The notes under the pieces: generated by a model
Told to the model about the DNA's origin: nothing
The model's input: the letters and a program-made list of their open reading frames with translations, nothing else
The model's database searches: none
Assembly (NCBI GenBank): GCA_039189765.1
Contig: JBCCYL010000001.1
Span: 32,001 to 96,000, forward strand
DNA length: 64,000 nucleotides
From: Cyanobacteria bacterium P01_F01_bin.150
Lineage (GTDB): Bacteria > Cyanobacteriota > Cyanobacteriia > CAKZMO01
Reading direction: 5' to 3'
Part shown: piece after piece, positions 29,072 through 40,300 of the stretch
Position numbering within the stretch: position 1 is the stretch's first letter
How the letters are laid out: each line of letters opens with the position of its first letter
Position numbers and translations under genes: made by a program

Positions 29072-32000
29072 GATTCTCCTTCCTGACTTGATGCTTCATC
29101 CGCTAGCAACTGTTGCAACATGGCATTCATATCCTGCTCAGATAGCTCATCAAGATTGATATCCGCAGGCAATGGCTCGGACAGAGGTTCAGACAATGAC
29201 GTATCTGAGATCTCTGACCGTTGAGGGGCACGGCCAATGGGTTCCAGAGTAGCCTCCGCTGACTCGCTTTCGCTCTGAGCAGGAGATGTATCCAAAAGAT
29301 GCTGAATCATCTCGGCATGGTCAGCAATGGTGGCTCGCTCAAAGAACTGACGAATGGATAGCTCCACCGGAAATACCTGTCGTAGCTGGGCCAAGACCTG
29401 AGTTGCCGATAGGGAATTTCCACCCAAGTTAAAGAAATTCTCATGGACGCTAACGGGGCCATCAAGCTGGAGGGACTGCTGCCATATTTGGGCGATCGCC
29501 TCCTCCATCTCCGTTCGCGGAGCCACCATTTCAACGCTCTGCTGCCCCATTAAGTGCGTCGGATCGGGCAATGCGTTACGATCCACTTTGCCATTGGCTG
29601 TTAACGGCAAGCTTTCCATGGGGACAAAGTGCGTCGGCACCATATAGCTGGGCAATGTCTGCTGAAGAAATTCCCTTAGCTGCTCTTGTACGGCAGCAAG
29701 TGGGTCACCCCCTCCAACTCCGCCTTGCGAAGAAGGAAGACCTGAGCCTCCCCCTTTATTAACGGACGACTGGGAAACCTGAGGTTGCCATTGTTGACTC
29801 CATTCTGGGTCGATCGCACCGCCCACAAAGCTATGAAGCAAACAGTGGCTTTCAGACAGCTCAAAGCCCTGTTGGAACGGTGCAAATTCCAATGCTCCGA
29901 TAGGACATAATCCCAAGTCAAAATCAGGAGCGGTTTCCATTAGCAGTTGACTGATATAACCAGCCTCTAATAAACATAGGTCGCGGGATTTATCATCGTA
30001 GATGGGGGCGATCGCATCCAGTTCTCCCACTAAAAATACAGCAAAGGCCCCTTGGTCAAATACCTCCTGGTTGGTACCATAGCCCTTAACGGGCTGCTGG
30101 CTATCCTCGCTCACCTGAATTAAACAATGCTCCACAGGATGATAGTAGTAATAACCTGGAGCCAGATCCGTCATTCGTCCCGGTTTCACGTATACATAGG
30201 CTTGAACCGGGTATAAACTTCCTGCTGAGGCATAGCGATATTTGGGCAGAGGCGATTGAGGAAGAGGACGAGACATTAAACTGCCCAACCACTGGCTAAA
30301 GGGTTCCAAGCCAACGGCTGTATCTAAAAATCGACGATGGCTTTGACGCCTGATGTAGACATCTGTCTCCACCGCTGGTTTATGAAGCTGTACTTTGGTG
30401 GCGTTGGATGACGAAAACTGCCGCACTCCAGCTTGCTGAAGCTTAAACTCCAGTTTGGAGGCGGTATCTGCTGACGAATTCTTTTGAAGATTGACCTCTT
30501 CTTCCGGAACCACGTAAGCCACCAGCCGCTGCTGTTGCGGATTATCACCCACGGCAGTCACCACCACATCTTTAATCATAGGATGATGGTTAAGGGCCGT
30601 TTCAATTTCTCCCAGCTCAATCCGGTAGCCATTAACTTTTACCTGGAAATCATCCCGTCCCAAGAACTCAATAGTGCCATCCGGTAGATAGCGCCCCAGA
30701 TCTCCTGTGCGGTAGAGGCGATCGCCCGTCTCAGGATGCCTAATAAAGCTAGTGCTAGTTTTCTCTTCATTCTGCCAGTAGCCCTGGGCTAGACCAATAC
30801 CGCCAATATAAATATGTCCCGATACCCACACCGGACAAGATTCCAGCGCCTGATTCAACACATACATTTGCTGATTCCCTAAAGGCCGACCGTAAGGAAT
30901 ACTGGTCCACGCCGGATCAACAGCGTCAATCGGATGGAAAATTGACCAAATCGACGCTTCAGTTGCCCCCCCAAGGCTGATCACATTAGCATTGGGGAAC
31001 GTCGTTGTAATTTGCTCAGGCAGGGATAGGGGAATCCAGTCGCCGCTGAGGAGGACAAGACGGAGAGAATTCGGGATTTTAGATTTTAGATTTTGGATTT
31101 TGGATTCTCGTTGGAGAGTCAGGGAGTTGGGGAGTTGGGGAGTTGACGCACTCCGGTCCCCCTCTTGGGAGGGGTTAGGAGTGGGTTTCTCAGCAGAATT
31201 TTGAACCAGCAAATGCATCAAAGCAGGAACAGTATTCCAAACCGTAACGCCATGAGTCTGAATCAGATCGGCCCAATGAATCGGGTCGCGATCGCTCCCA
31301 GCATCCGGCAACACAATCGCTCCACCTGCCGCTAGTAGACCAAAGATATCGTAAACGGATAGATCAAAACTCAGGGAGGAAAGGGCCAGAACGCGATCGC
31401 GCACTCCCACCCCAAACCGCTGATTTATATCCAAGATCGTATTCACTGCACCTCGGTGGTCAATCATTACCCCTTTAGGCGTTCCGGTAGAGCCGGAGGT
31501 GTAGAGGATGTATGCAAGATCTGAATTTTGGATTTTAGATGTTGAATTTTGGCCCGTAGGTTGGGTTGACGCAAGGAAACCCAACGCCGCAATCTCTGCT
31601 ACATTCGGCAGATTCTTCCCAACGCTGTCATCTACAGGAATTGGTACAATATTATCGGGCCAATCTATCGCTGCCATTAACTGGGGCTGGGTCAGGACAT
31701 ATTTAATTTGGGTTTGTTGAAATAGTTGATGGATTCGCTCAATGGGCAAGTCTGGAGCAATGGGGACATAAGCTGCGCCGACGGTGAGAATAGCGATCGC
31801 CCCTACAATTTGCTCCCATCCTTTCTCCATCACAATGGCAACGCGTTTGGCTTCTCTTCGAGACACTTCGTGAACGCCATGCCTTCGGCAATCGCCCACT
31901 TGAATATCCTGGGATAGAAGACGTTGGGCAATGGTGAGGGCGCGATCGCTTACATCTTGATAGGTGAGAGTGCCATCAGAGGTAATGATCGCTGGGGTGT

Positions 32001-35000
32001 TGGGCTGCTGGACCGCACGGTTGAAAAATAGGCCGTGCAGTAGATTGGAGAGGTCGTTGGGTGTTGATCGTTGGGTAGAGTCAACATCTCCATCCGCCGC
32101 TGGCAGAAGGGCTACAGTGGTAGCGTTTAGATCTTGTAGACACTGGCGCTGATGTTGGGGGAGGCGATCGGGGAGCAGTTGATTGGAACGAGGGTTGTCC
32201 CAAAGAAGGGATTCAGGTGCAGCAAGTACGTGGAGTAAGTCCTTGTAGGCTGCAAACATATCGTCAAGGAGACAATCTGGGAAAAGATCTTCAATGGCAT
32301 CCCAGTTAAAATGCAGTGCTCCGCCAATTTCTGAAACCTGATGATCGAGATAAACTTGGGATGTTTGACTGAGGCTGTAGACAATCTCGGACTGCCAGGG
32401 GCGATCGCCCTTTGCCTCGCCTAAATCCTGGGTCAAAACGCTGGTGAAGACCACAGGCATTAGTGCCCCAGTGCGCTGTTGCTGACGCTGGGCTAGTTCC
32501 CGCAGCACCTGCACACCGCTAACATAGCGATGTTCTAAATCTTGCCAAAGCTGATCTTGAATTCCTTGGGCTAAATCACCAAAAGACTGGTTCGCCTTTG
32601 TATGAATTGCCAACAGCACCGATGAGGTAAAGTCACCCACTAATCGATTCACGTCAGGATGAAAGGGAAGACGGTTAAATAGAGTCAGGTTTAGCGTAAA
32701 GCTAGACGGCTGGCTCCAAGTATTAAGAATATCCGCAAATGCCGCCAGCAATACACCAGAAGGCGTCACACCAAACTTTGCTGCCCGTTGCTTAATAGCC
32801 TGCCAAGCTTCCGGAGCTAACGTACCCGATCGCCGCACAAATCGCGGATTTTCAATCCGGTCAGGGCGCTGGGCCAAGGGCAACTGAGGCGCTGGTGGCA
32901 ATGTATCCAACCGCTGCTGCCAATAGTCCCAGGATTGACGATAGGTTTCGGAATCTCGAAATGCCTCTTCTGCTAGCACATAATCGCGGAAGGTTACATC
33001 AATAGGAACCTGAGGTAGCTTGGGCTGAAGCAGATTCTGGGCCAGCTCCTGAGCAATGAGTTGAGCACTCCAGGCATCTCCCATCAGCACGTCAAAGCTA
33101 ACGTGGAATCGAATACGGTCGCCCAATTCTCCATTTTGCGAGGGTAAAAGTGACGCTTGGATATCAAACAGAGGATATCGATCCGTGGGAATAATTTGAT
33201 GGGAGAGGCGATCGCGCATTGCCATCAGCTCTGTCTCGACTTGTGATGGAGGAAGCGATCGCAAATCCGTTGTCTGGATTTTATACGGCGGCACCTCAGC
33301 TAACACCCGCTGTTGCCCATCCGCCTGCACCACCACCCGCAACATATCGTGGCGATCGATTAAGCGCTGAAATGCAGATTCTAGCTGAGCCACCGTTAAT
33401 CCTACTGTCTCAATTTCTCGATAGCCGTGGGTGGAAATATTGCCCAGCTCAAAGGCCTCATTTCGCCCAATCCAGTAGGCATGCTGGATATCCGTTAAGG
33501 GGAATGGTTCGTGGCGACTGGCACGAACCGGAGTAATTTCGGGCAGCTCAACAGCAACTATATTTCTTGCTTCAAGAGATGCAGCCCCATCATTAAGGAA
33601 TTGGAGACCGTTAATTTGTTCCGTAAGTTGAGCCACCGTCGGGTACTGAAACAACAGCCGCAGAGGAATCGACTGATTAACTTGCCGACTGACCTGGCCC
33701 ATTAGCTGTAGTCCGAGCAGGGAATGGCCTCCCAGCTCAAAGAAATTATCGTAAATTCCGACCGCGTCAACTTGGAGGGTGGTTTGCCAGATATGGGCGA
33801 TCGCCTCCTCTAACTCAGTCCTCGGTGCAATGTAATCATTTTCGCTCATCCGCTCAGTCGAGGGAGACGGCAGCGCCCGCCGATTAATCTTGCCGTTAGG
33901 CAATCGTGGGAATTCCTCTAGCAGCATCACTATCCCAGGCACCATAAAGGAAGGCAGCTGTTTAGAAAGAAATCCCTGTACCTCAGCAGTAGAAGGCTCC
34001 TCCCCATCCGTTGGAATCACATAGGCAATCAGACGCTGAGACTGCAACACTTGCGCTTGCTCAGAATTGTCTTGTGGATTGGATAAAACTCGATCGACCT
34101 GAACAATGTCATCCTGAACTTGGGGATGCTGCCGCAACACCGCCTCAATTTCTCCCAGCTCAATGCGATAGCCCCGCACCTTCACCTGCTGATCTAACCG
34201 CCCAAGAAACTCAAGCTGACCGTCTGGGCGATAGCGTACGAGATCGCCAGTTTTGTAAAGCTTTTGGTCGTAGCTTAGATCCCAGGGTTCTAGGTAACCA
34301 TTTGTGGATTGCTCAGATAACTTTAAAGAACCCTGGGATCTGGCGTCTGGGCGATCCACAAATGGGTTTTGAATAAATCGCTCTTGGGTCAGTTCAGGAC
34401 GATTGAGATAGCCACGGGCTACTCCTGCTCCACCTAAATACAGCTCCCCTGGAATACCAACAGGGACGGGCTGTAAATAGCGATCGAGCACGTAGGCTTG
34501 AGAATTGGCAATGGGACGACCTATCGAGGGACTTTGGGTTTTCCGGTCCCCCTCTTGGGAGGGGCTAGGGGTGGGTTGATTTTGGATTTTGGATTTTGGA
34601 TTTTGGATTTCAGATGCATAGGATGTGTTAGACGATAGCCGTAATGCATCATTCGGGATTTTTGCAAACGTTGAATACGTTGTATCCTCTGAAGGGCCGT
34701 AGAGGTTATAAACGCTTTGAATATGAGGGCGTTCATATAGCGCTTGCACTAGTGACGCAGGCAGGGGTTCACCGGCTAGGTTGACGGTGCGGATACTGAT
34801 GGGGAGAGTATGGTGCTGAATAAGCTGGGCGATCGCACTTGGCACCGTATTAACCAACGTCACCTGATCGGCAGCAGAGAGTTCCGGCAGATCTAGAACA
34901 TTTTCGGCCAAAATAACCGAGCCGCCTGTGGTGAGGGGAAGAAAAATTTCAAATACGGATAAGTCAAAGCAAATAGAAGTTGAGGCCAAAACGCCAGCGG

Positions 35001-37365
35001 TAGACTCTGGGTCAAATGTCTCCTGTGCCCATTGCAACATGGCCACCGTATTACGATGCTCGATTGCCACCCCTTTGGGTTTGCCTGTGGAGCCAGAAGT
35101 GTAAATAACGTAGGCCAGATCGGAAGAATTATTGGTGGGTAGTAGAGAACTGGAGCGAGACTGCATGGAAATAAGTTCTTGCTCTTCGCTGTCGCTAAGG
35201 TCAATAAATGACCCCTGCCAGTTTTCAAAATTAGGTTTGGCTCCGCTGCCGATAATCATGGTCATATCAGCATCAGCAACCATAAATGCAATTCGCTCCT
35301 GGGGATAGGCTGGGTCCATTGGGACGTAGGCACCACCTGCCTTGAGGATTGCCAGAAGAGCAACAATCATTTGGGGCGTTTGGCTTTGCCATGCCTTCGG
35401 CAAACGCTCCAAATAAACCCCCACCGTCAGCTCTTCGCCGCGATTCGATGGAGAATCAATCGTTTGAATATAGTGAGCAAGTTGATTTGCCGATTGATCA
35501 AGCTGACGGTAAGTGTAAGGAATATCTTGATAAATCACAGCGATCGCATCTGGCGTACGCTGAACCTGCTGCTCAAACAACCCATGAATGGTCAGCTTAT
35601 CAGCGCTGACCTCGTTATCATAAACACGCTGGGTCTGATTCCAGTCCACCAGCAACTGCTGTCGTTCGGTTGGGGTCAATAACGATAGTAGGCCAATAGG
35701 CTGATCGGGGTTTGTGGCGATCGCCTCCAACAACTGCTGAAAATGCTCGATTAAGCGAGCAATCGTCGTCGCATCAAACAGGTCGGTGCTGTACTCTATC
35801 TGACCGCTAATTCCGGCCTCTGAATCCTGTAAATTAAGCCGCAGTTCGTATTTAACCGTGTGATTGTCCAGCGGTAGGCGCTCCACCGTCATATCTTTCA
35901 ATGCCAACGGTTTTACGGTGGCAAGCTGGAGATCAAACTTAGCTTGGAACAGCGGCGACATCTGGCTAATATTCCGCTCTGGATTTAGCACTTCCACGAG
36001 CTTTTCAAAGGGCAATGCCTGATAGGTAAAAGCCCCTGCCACGGTTTGCTTCACACGCTGGAGATAATCCCGAAAGCTGGGATTGCCAGTGCCATCTAGC
36101 CGCAACACTAGCGTATTGACCAGCAGCCCAATCAATCCTTGGGTTTCGGTACGATCGCGATTAGCAATATCCGTACCAATTGTCACATCATCCTGCTGGC
36201 TGTATCGATGCAGCAAAATGCCAAAGGCTGCTAGCAGCAGAATAAACAACGTTACCCCTTCCTTTGCCGCCAGCTTTTTCAACGCTTGAGACTGGACTGG
36301 GGAGATGGCGATCGCCCTCTGGTCACCCCGATAGGTAGGCACAGGGGGATAGGGCCGATCCGTTGGCAGTTGAAGCATTGGCACATCGGCAAGCTGCTTA
36401 GTCCAATAGGCAATATGGTCCTCCAGCACCTTCCCCTGTAACCACTGCCGCTGCCACACGGCCCAATCACCATATTGAATTGCCAGTTCAGGGAGGGGCG
36501 ATTGCCGTGCACCACTCCCGTTAGCGTCATCATCCAAATAGGCGTTATACAGCAGGGTCATTTCCCTCAGAAATACCCCCACTGACCACCGATCTGAAAT
36601 AATATGATGCACCGTAATCAACAGCACATGGTCTTGTTCACTGACCCGCAAAAGCTCCAGCCGCAGCAGAGATTGGGTTAAATCAAACGGCTTTTGGGCA
36701 GCGGCGATCGCTAAACACTCAAGGGAATTTTGGATTTTAGATTTTGGATTTTGGATAGAGGGTTGGGGTGTTAGATCCCAGGGTTCTTGGTGATGATTTG
36801 GCGATTCTAAAGAGATTTGGCTAGAACCCTGGGATCTGCGCGTCAGATCGACTTCCGTAATTTTTAATGTAATAGGTTCGGCTGGCAACACCACCTGAAT
36901 CGCCTGTTGCCCTCGAAGTCCCGAAGCATCCAGGGCAACCCCATCACTCCCCAACTCCCCAACTCCATCACTCCCCAACTCCCCAACCTTCACCACCGTC
37001 CGCAATGTCTCATGACGTTGCACAAGCTCCGTCAACGTCTGCTCCAACACGGCAATATCCAACGCTCCCTTTAACCGCAGCGCACTAAAAACGTTGTAGG
37101 CAAAGCTGTCAGGCTCTAGCTGTTGGATAAACCAAAGCCGCTGCTGGGCAAACGATAGGGGAGTGGGGCGATCGCCCGATCGCCGTTTAATCTTGCGAGA
37201 TGCCTGAGCCTTATTACTCGTCTTGTTACTTGTTTGGCGTTTAGCTTGACGCTGCTGTAAGCGCTTTTCAAACAGCGCCCGCTGTTCCGGAGATAGATTT
37301 GCTAGCTGCTTTTCAAGCTCGGCAGATGCTAGATTTGTGGACACGTTACCCTTTTGCTTGGTCAT
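29068..37365 (-). CDS. NRPS: C - A (Ala) - PCP - Cy - A (Cys, interrupted by Ox) - PCP; thiazole-forming
   Basis: 2765 aa. HHIISDRWS, code DLFNNALTYK. Cy domain FPLTDIQHAYW, DVLMGDAWS and PVVFTS. Code DLYNLSLIWK (Cys). FMN oxidase PKYRYASAGSLYPVQ inserted in the A C-terminal subdomain. Confidence 0.95.
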   Translation of the reverse strand: MTKQKGNVSTNLASAELEKQLANLSPEQRALFEKRLQQRQAKRQTSNKTSNKAQASRKIKRRSGDRPTPLSFAQQRLWFIQQLEPDSFAYNVFSALRLKGALDIAVLEQTLTELVQRHETLRTVVKVGELGSDGVGELGSDGVALDASGLRGQQAIQVVLPAEPITLKITEVDLTRRSQGSSQISLESPNHHQEPWDLTPQPSIQNPKSKIQNSLECLAIAAAQKPFDLTQSLLRLELLRVSEQDHVLLITVHHIISDRWSVGVFLREMTLLYNAYLDDDANGSGARQSPLPELAIQYGDWAVWQRQWLQGKVLEDHIAYWTKQLADVPMLQLPTDRPYPPVPTYRGDQRAIAISPVQSQALKKLAAKEGVTLFILLLAAFGILLHRYSQQDDVTIGTDIANRDRTETQGLIGLLVNTLVLRLDGTGNPSFRDYLQRVKQTVAGAFTYQALPFEKLVEVLNPERNISQMSPLFQAKFDLQLATVKPLALKDMTVERLPLDNHTVKYELRLNLQDSEAGISGQIEYSTDLFDATTIARLIEHFQQLLEAIATNPDQPIGLLSLLTPTERQQLLVDWNQTQRVYDNEVSADKLTIHGLFEQQVQRTPDAIAVIYQDIPYTYRQLDQSANQLAHYIQTIDSPSNRGEELTVGVYLERLPKAWQSQTPQMIVALLAILKAGGAYVPMDPAYPQERIAFMVADADMTMIIGSGAKPNFENWQGSFIDLSDSEEQELISMQSRSSSLLPTNNSSDLAYVIYTSGSTGKPKGVAIEHRNTVAMLQWAQETFDPESTAGVLASTSICFDLSVFEIFLPLTTGGSVILAENVLDLPELSAADQVTLVNTVPSAIAQLIQHHTLPISIRTVNLAGEPLPASLVQALYERPHIQSVYNLYGPSEDTTYSTFAKIPNDALRLSSNTSYASEIQNPKSKIQNQPTPSPSQEGDRKTQSPSIGRPIANSQAYVLDRYLQPVPVGIPGELYLGGAGVARGYLNRPELTQERFIQNPFVDRPDARSQGSLKLSEQSTNGYLEPWDLSYDQKLYKTGDLVRYRPDGQLEFLGRLDQQVKVRGYRIELGEIEAVLRQHPQVQDDIVQVDRVLSNPQDNSEQAQVLQSQRLIAYVIPTDGEEPSTAEVQGFLSKQLPSFMVPGIVMLLEEFPRLPNGKINRRALPSPSTERMSENDYIAPRTELEEAIAHIWQTTLQVDAVGIYDNFFELGGHSLLGLQLMGQVSRQVNQSIPLRLLFQYPTVAQLTEQINGLQFLNDGAASLEARNIVAVELPEITPVRASRHEPFPLTDIQHAYWIGRNEAFELGNISTHGYREIETVGLTVAQLESAFQRLIDRHDMLRVVVQADGQQRVLAEVPPYKIQTTDLRSLPPSQVETELMAMRDRLSHQIIPTDRYPLFDIQASLLPSQNGELGDRIRFHVSFDVLMGDAWSAQLIAQELAQNLLQPKLPQVPIDVTFRDYVLAEEAFRDSETYRQSWDYWQQRLDTLPPAPQLPLAQRPDRIENPRFVRRSGTLAPEAWQAIKQRAAKFGVTPSGVLLAAFADILNTWSQPSSFTLNLTLFNRLPFHPDVNRLVGDFTSSVLLAIHTKANQSFGDLAQGIQDQLWQDLEHRYVSGVQVLRELAQRQQQRTGALMPVVFTSVLTQDLGEAKGDRPWQSEIVYSLSQTSQVYLDHQVSEIGGALHFNWDAIEDLFPDCLLDDMFAAYKDLLHVLAAPESLLWDNPRSNQLLPDRLPQHQRQCLQDLNATTVALLPAADGDVDSTQRSTPNDLSNLLHGLFFNRAVQQPNTPAIITSDGTLTYQDVSDRALTIAQRLLSQDIQVGDCRRHGVHEVSRREAKRVAIVMEKGWEQIVGAIAILTVGAAYVPIAPDLPIERIHQLFQQTQIKYVLTQPQLMAAIDWPDNIVPIPVDDSVGKNLPNVAEIAALGFLASTQPTGQNSTSKIQNSDLAYILYTSGSTGTPKGVMIDHRGAVNTILDINQRFGVGVRDRVLALSSLSFDLSVYDIFGLLAAGGAIVLPDAGSDRDPIHWADLIQTHGVTVWNTVPALMHLLVQNSAEKPTPNPSQEGDRSASTPQLPNSLTLQRESKIQNLKSKIPNSLRLVLLSGDWIPLSLPEQITTTFPNANVISLGGATEASIWSIFHPIDAVDPAWTSIPYGRPLGNQQMYVLNQALESCPVWVSGHIYIGGIGLAQGYWQNEEKTSTSFIRHPETGDRLYRTGDLGRYLPDGTIEFLGRDDFQVKVNGYRIELGEIETALNHHPMIKDVVVTAVGDNPQQQRLVAYVVPEEEVNLQKNSSADTASKLEFKLQQAGVRQFSSSNATKVQLHKPAVETDVYIRRQSHRRFLDTAVGLEPFSQWLGSLMSRPLPQSPLPKYRYASAGSLYPVQAYVYVKPGRMTDLAPGYYYYHPVEHCLIQVSEDSQQPVKGYGTNQEVFDQGAFAVFLVGELDAIAPIYDDKSRDLCLLEAGYISQLLMETAPDFDLGLCPIGALEFAPFQQGFELSESHCLLHSFVGGAIDPEWSQQWQPQVSQSSVNKGGGSGLPSSQGGVGGGDPLAAVQEQLREFLQQTLPSYMVPTHFVPMESLPLTANGKVDRNALPDPTHLMGQQSVEMVAPRTEMEEAIAQIWQQSLQLDGPVSVHENFFNLGGNSLSATQVLAQLRQVFPVELSIRQFFERATIADHAEMIQHLLDTSPAQSESESAEATLEPIGRAPQRSEISDTSLSEPLSEPLPADINLDELSEQDMNAMLQQLLADEASSQEGES
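31846..31890. mobile_element. 45-nt nested short dispersed repeat inserted in a HIP1 site, in frame
   Basis: Flanks GCG (31843-45) and ATCGC (31891-95) rejoin to GCGATCGC. The insert encodes CRRHGVHEVSRREAK. Confidence 0.75.
34277..34341. mobile_element. 65-bp inverted-repeat element inside the Ala A domain
   Basis: AGATCCCAGGGTTCT-N35-AGAACCCTGGGATCT. Confidence 0.75.
35379..35402. mobile_element. 24-nt short dispersed repeat in a degenerate HIP1 site, in frame
   Basis: Coding strand GCGTT^TGCCGAAGGCATGGCAAAGCCAAA^CGC. Same outer sequence as the 31846-31890 insert. Confidence 0.7.
36773..36837. mobile_element. 65-bp inverted-repeat element inside a C domain
   Basis: AGATCCCAGGGTTCT-N35-AGAACCCTGGGATCT. 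Confidence 0.75.
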
Positions 37366-37368
37366 GGT

Positions 37369-40300
37369 CTACTTCTCCCCCAACTCTGCCGCTACTTCAT
37401 CCGGTGATAGGGCTTGAATTTCCGCTAGTAATGCTGCCATATCTTCAGCATCTTCACCGCCTTCATCGTTGTCCGCCCCCTCATTATCCGTTGCCATTTG
37501 CGTTTCCACGAGTTGTGCAATCCCAGCAATAGTAGGTGCTTCAAATAGAAGGCTCTGCATTGGTAGCTCCACCCCAAACTGTTCTCGCAGCCGTGCGATC
37601 GCCTGAATAGCCAACAGCGAGTGACCACCTAACTCAAAAAAGCTGTCCTCGATTCCCACCTGTTCAATGCCCAGAAGTTCTTGCCAGATGGTGGCGATCG
37701 CCCCCTCCATCTCAGTACGCGGTGCCATATAGGCCGCTGATAGCTGAGGACGCTGGTGCTGGCTCTGCTTTTTCAATGTGCCCGGCGGTGCAGTATCTTT
37801 AGCGATTAGCCCTTCTGGCTGAACTCGAATCCACTGTCGTAACCGCGCATCCAAATCCCCTTTGGAAACAACCACTTGAGCCGTATTTCCCAATGCTAAA
37901 ACCCGTTGAGTAGCTTTCCAGACTTCTTCAGCCGTCAAGGTAAATGGGGCAAGCTGCTGTTCCAATCGACCAGACATTTTGCTCTGTAACTCTGCCTGAT
38001 CGCCTACACTTTCTGCCAAGGTTGCATTATCCATACTATGAAACCCATCCCAATTAACGCTAATCCAAGGAACAGATTGGGACGCAGATTGATCATGGGC
38101 GATCGCATCAATCACATGATTCGCTGAACTGTAGGTACCTAGCCCTAGTCCCCCAACAATGGACGATAGAGACGATTGCAGCAAACAAAAATCGGGACGA
38201 CGCTCGGCCAACACTTGAGTGAGAACTTCTAAGCCATAAATTTTAGTTCTTAAACTGTACTCCCATGAAGCTTTATCTCGCTGTTGCAGCAGTGACATAG
38301 ACTGTTCATTGCTCATCGGAGTCGAGTAAAACACCCCATGAATTTCGCCATGCTTAGCCTCAGCCTGGGTGATCGCCTCCTGCATCTGTTGCAAATCAGT
38401 GATGTTAGTCTCGATAAATACCCCCCTTAGTCCCCCCTTAGTAAAGGGGGAGACCGGAGGCTCGGCCCCCTCCCCTTGATTTTCGCGTAGCGTGTCCGTA
38501 GGACGTAGGGAGGGATGGGGTGGGGTGGTTCCAGGACAAATAATCGAAAGCTTGGCATCCAAGGATTCAATCAAAAACGGAGCGATCGCTTCCCCTAACC
38601 CCTGCTCCATTTGCCCCACAACTAAATAGTGCCCCTGGGGACGAAGGGCAATCGCAGGCTGGACCTGGTCGTCCACTTTTATAGACGTGTATATCTGCTG
38701 CCATCGATGTCGTCCTCTGTAGGCTACCAGGGCATCGACAGGAGGCTGGATTAACTCCTGAGCTAGAGTTTGAAGCATCGCATCAGAATATTTATCACGA
38801 TCTAGATCGATACAGTTGCAGCCCAACGTGGGATACTCCTGGGGAATCACCTGACATAGCCCCAGCAGACTTGCCTGATTAGGATTTAAGGATTCCGTTC
38901 CCGTTACGTCGTGGACATTTTCTGTCACAACAGTAATTTGTACTGGCTGCTGCTTCAGAAATGCCGTTAGAGCTTGGGGAAGCGATCGCAGTCCGTAAAA
39001 CCCAAACCAGTCTTCCATCCCGTGCCACAGGTATAGAATGCGATTGGGCAATAGCTCCCGCAACTCCAGATCATCCAGTAGCTCTCGATAACCATCAGGC
39101 GACTCAGGATTAACGGAAAAAGTACGATACTCAACCTGATCAAACGGTTCTCGCCCTGGAATCACCGTTACCACTTCGTGACCTAGCCCCTGAATCCGTT
39201 GGCCCAACTGAATTCCTAAATCACTACTGTCTGCACTATTTGTTACAACCAGCCAAATCTGTCGATCCACTTGACCCGGAACTGAACGAGGCGATACCCG
39301 CTGCCAGCTAGGAGAGTACAGCCAATCTGCACTGTCGGCCTGAATTTTAACTTGCGATTGCTGCATAGTCGCCGTTACTGCACCTGTATCCTGTGATGTT
39401 GACCCAGGCAGCAGCGACTCATCAGGTTCAATCCAGTAACGCTGCCGTTCAAAGGGATAGGTGGGTAAAGGGACACGCGATCGCCGCTCATTCTTGTAAA
39501 ATCCATCCCAATTTACAGATACACCTTCCAACCAAAGCTGTCCCAACGTCCTCATCAAGTGGAAAATATCAGATTGTTTTTCTTTGGGATGGCGAAGAGA
39601 AGTAAGAATTGGGGAGTTGGGGAGTTGGGGAGTTGGGGAGTTGGGGAGTTGGGGAGTTGCGCCACTCCGGTCCCCCTCTTGGGAGGAGTTAGGGGTGGGT
39701 TCTTCTGCCTTCTGCCTTCTGCCTTCTGCCTTCTGAACACCTTCCACCTTTTGGCTCTGGACAAACGTTGTAAGTGTTCTGCTGGGGCCAACTTCGAGGA
39801 AAAGATGGGAGACATCTTGTTGGAGAAGGTTAATCCCATCGGCAAAACGAACAGGGGAACGGAGCTGTTGCCCCCAGAAACTAGGGTTAGTGGCGTCCTC
39901 ATCTGATAACAAGGTTCCGGTAATGTTGGAAAGCAGAGGAATGGTGGGGGCTTGCAGAGCAACACCTTTGATGACATCGGTAAAGGGTTGAACTGCGTCC
40001 TCCATTAAATGGGAATGGAAGGCATGAGAAGTGTGTAGAAGACGGTGGGAGATATTGTCTTTTTCCAAACGTGTCTGGAGTTTGGCGATCGCTTTTTCAC
40101 TCCCTGACACCACACACAGCTTCGGTGCATTTACCGCCGCTAAATTTAGTCCGTCTGTCAGATATGCTTCAATTTCGTCGGCTGCCACCGAAACTGCGAC
40201 CATACTTCCAGTAGGCTGAGCCTGCATTAGCTGCCCCCGTTTGGCAACAATTTTTAGAGCATCATCAAAGGTGAACACGTTGGCGATCGCCCCTGCAACA

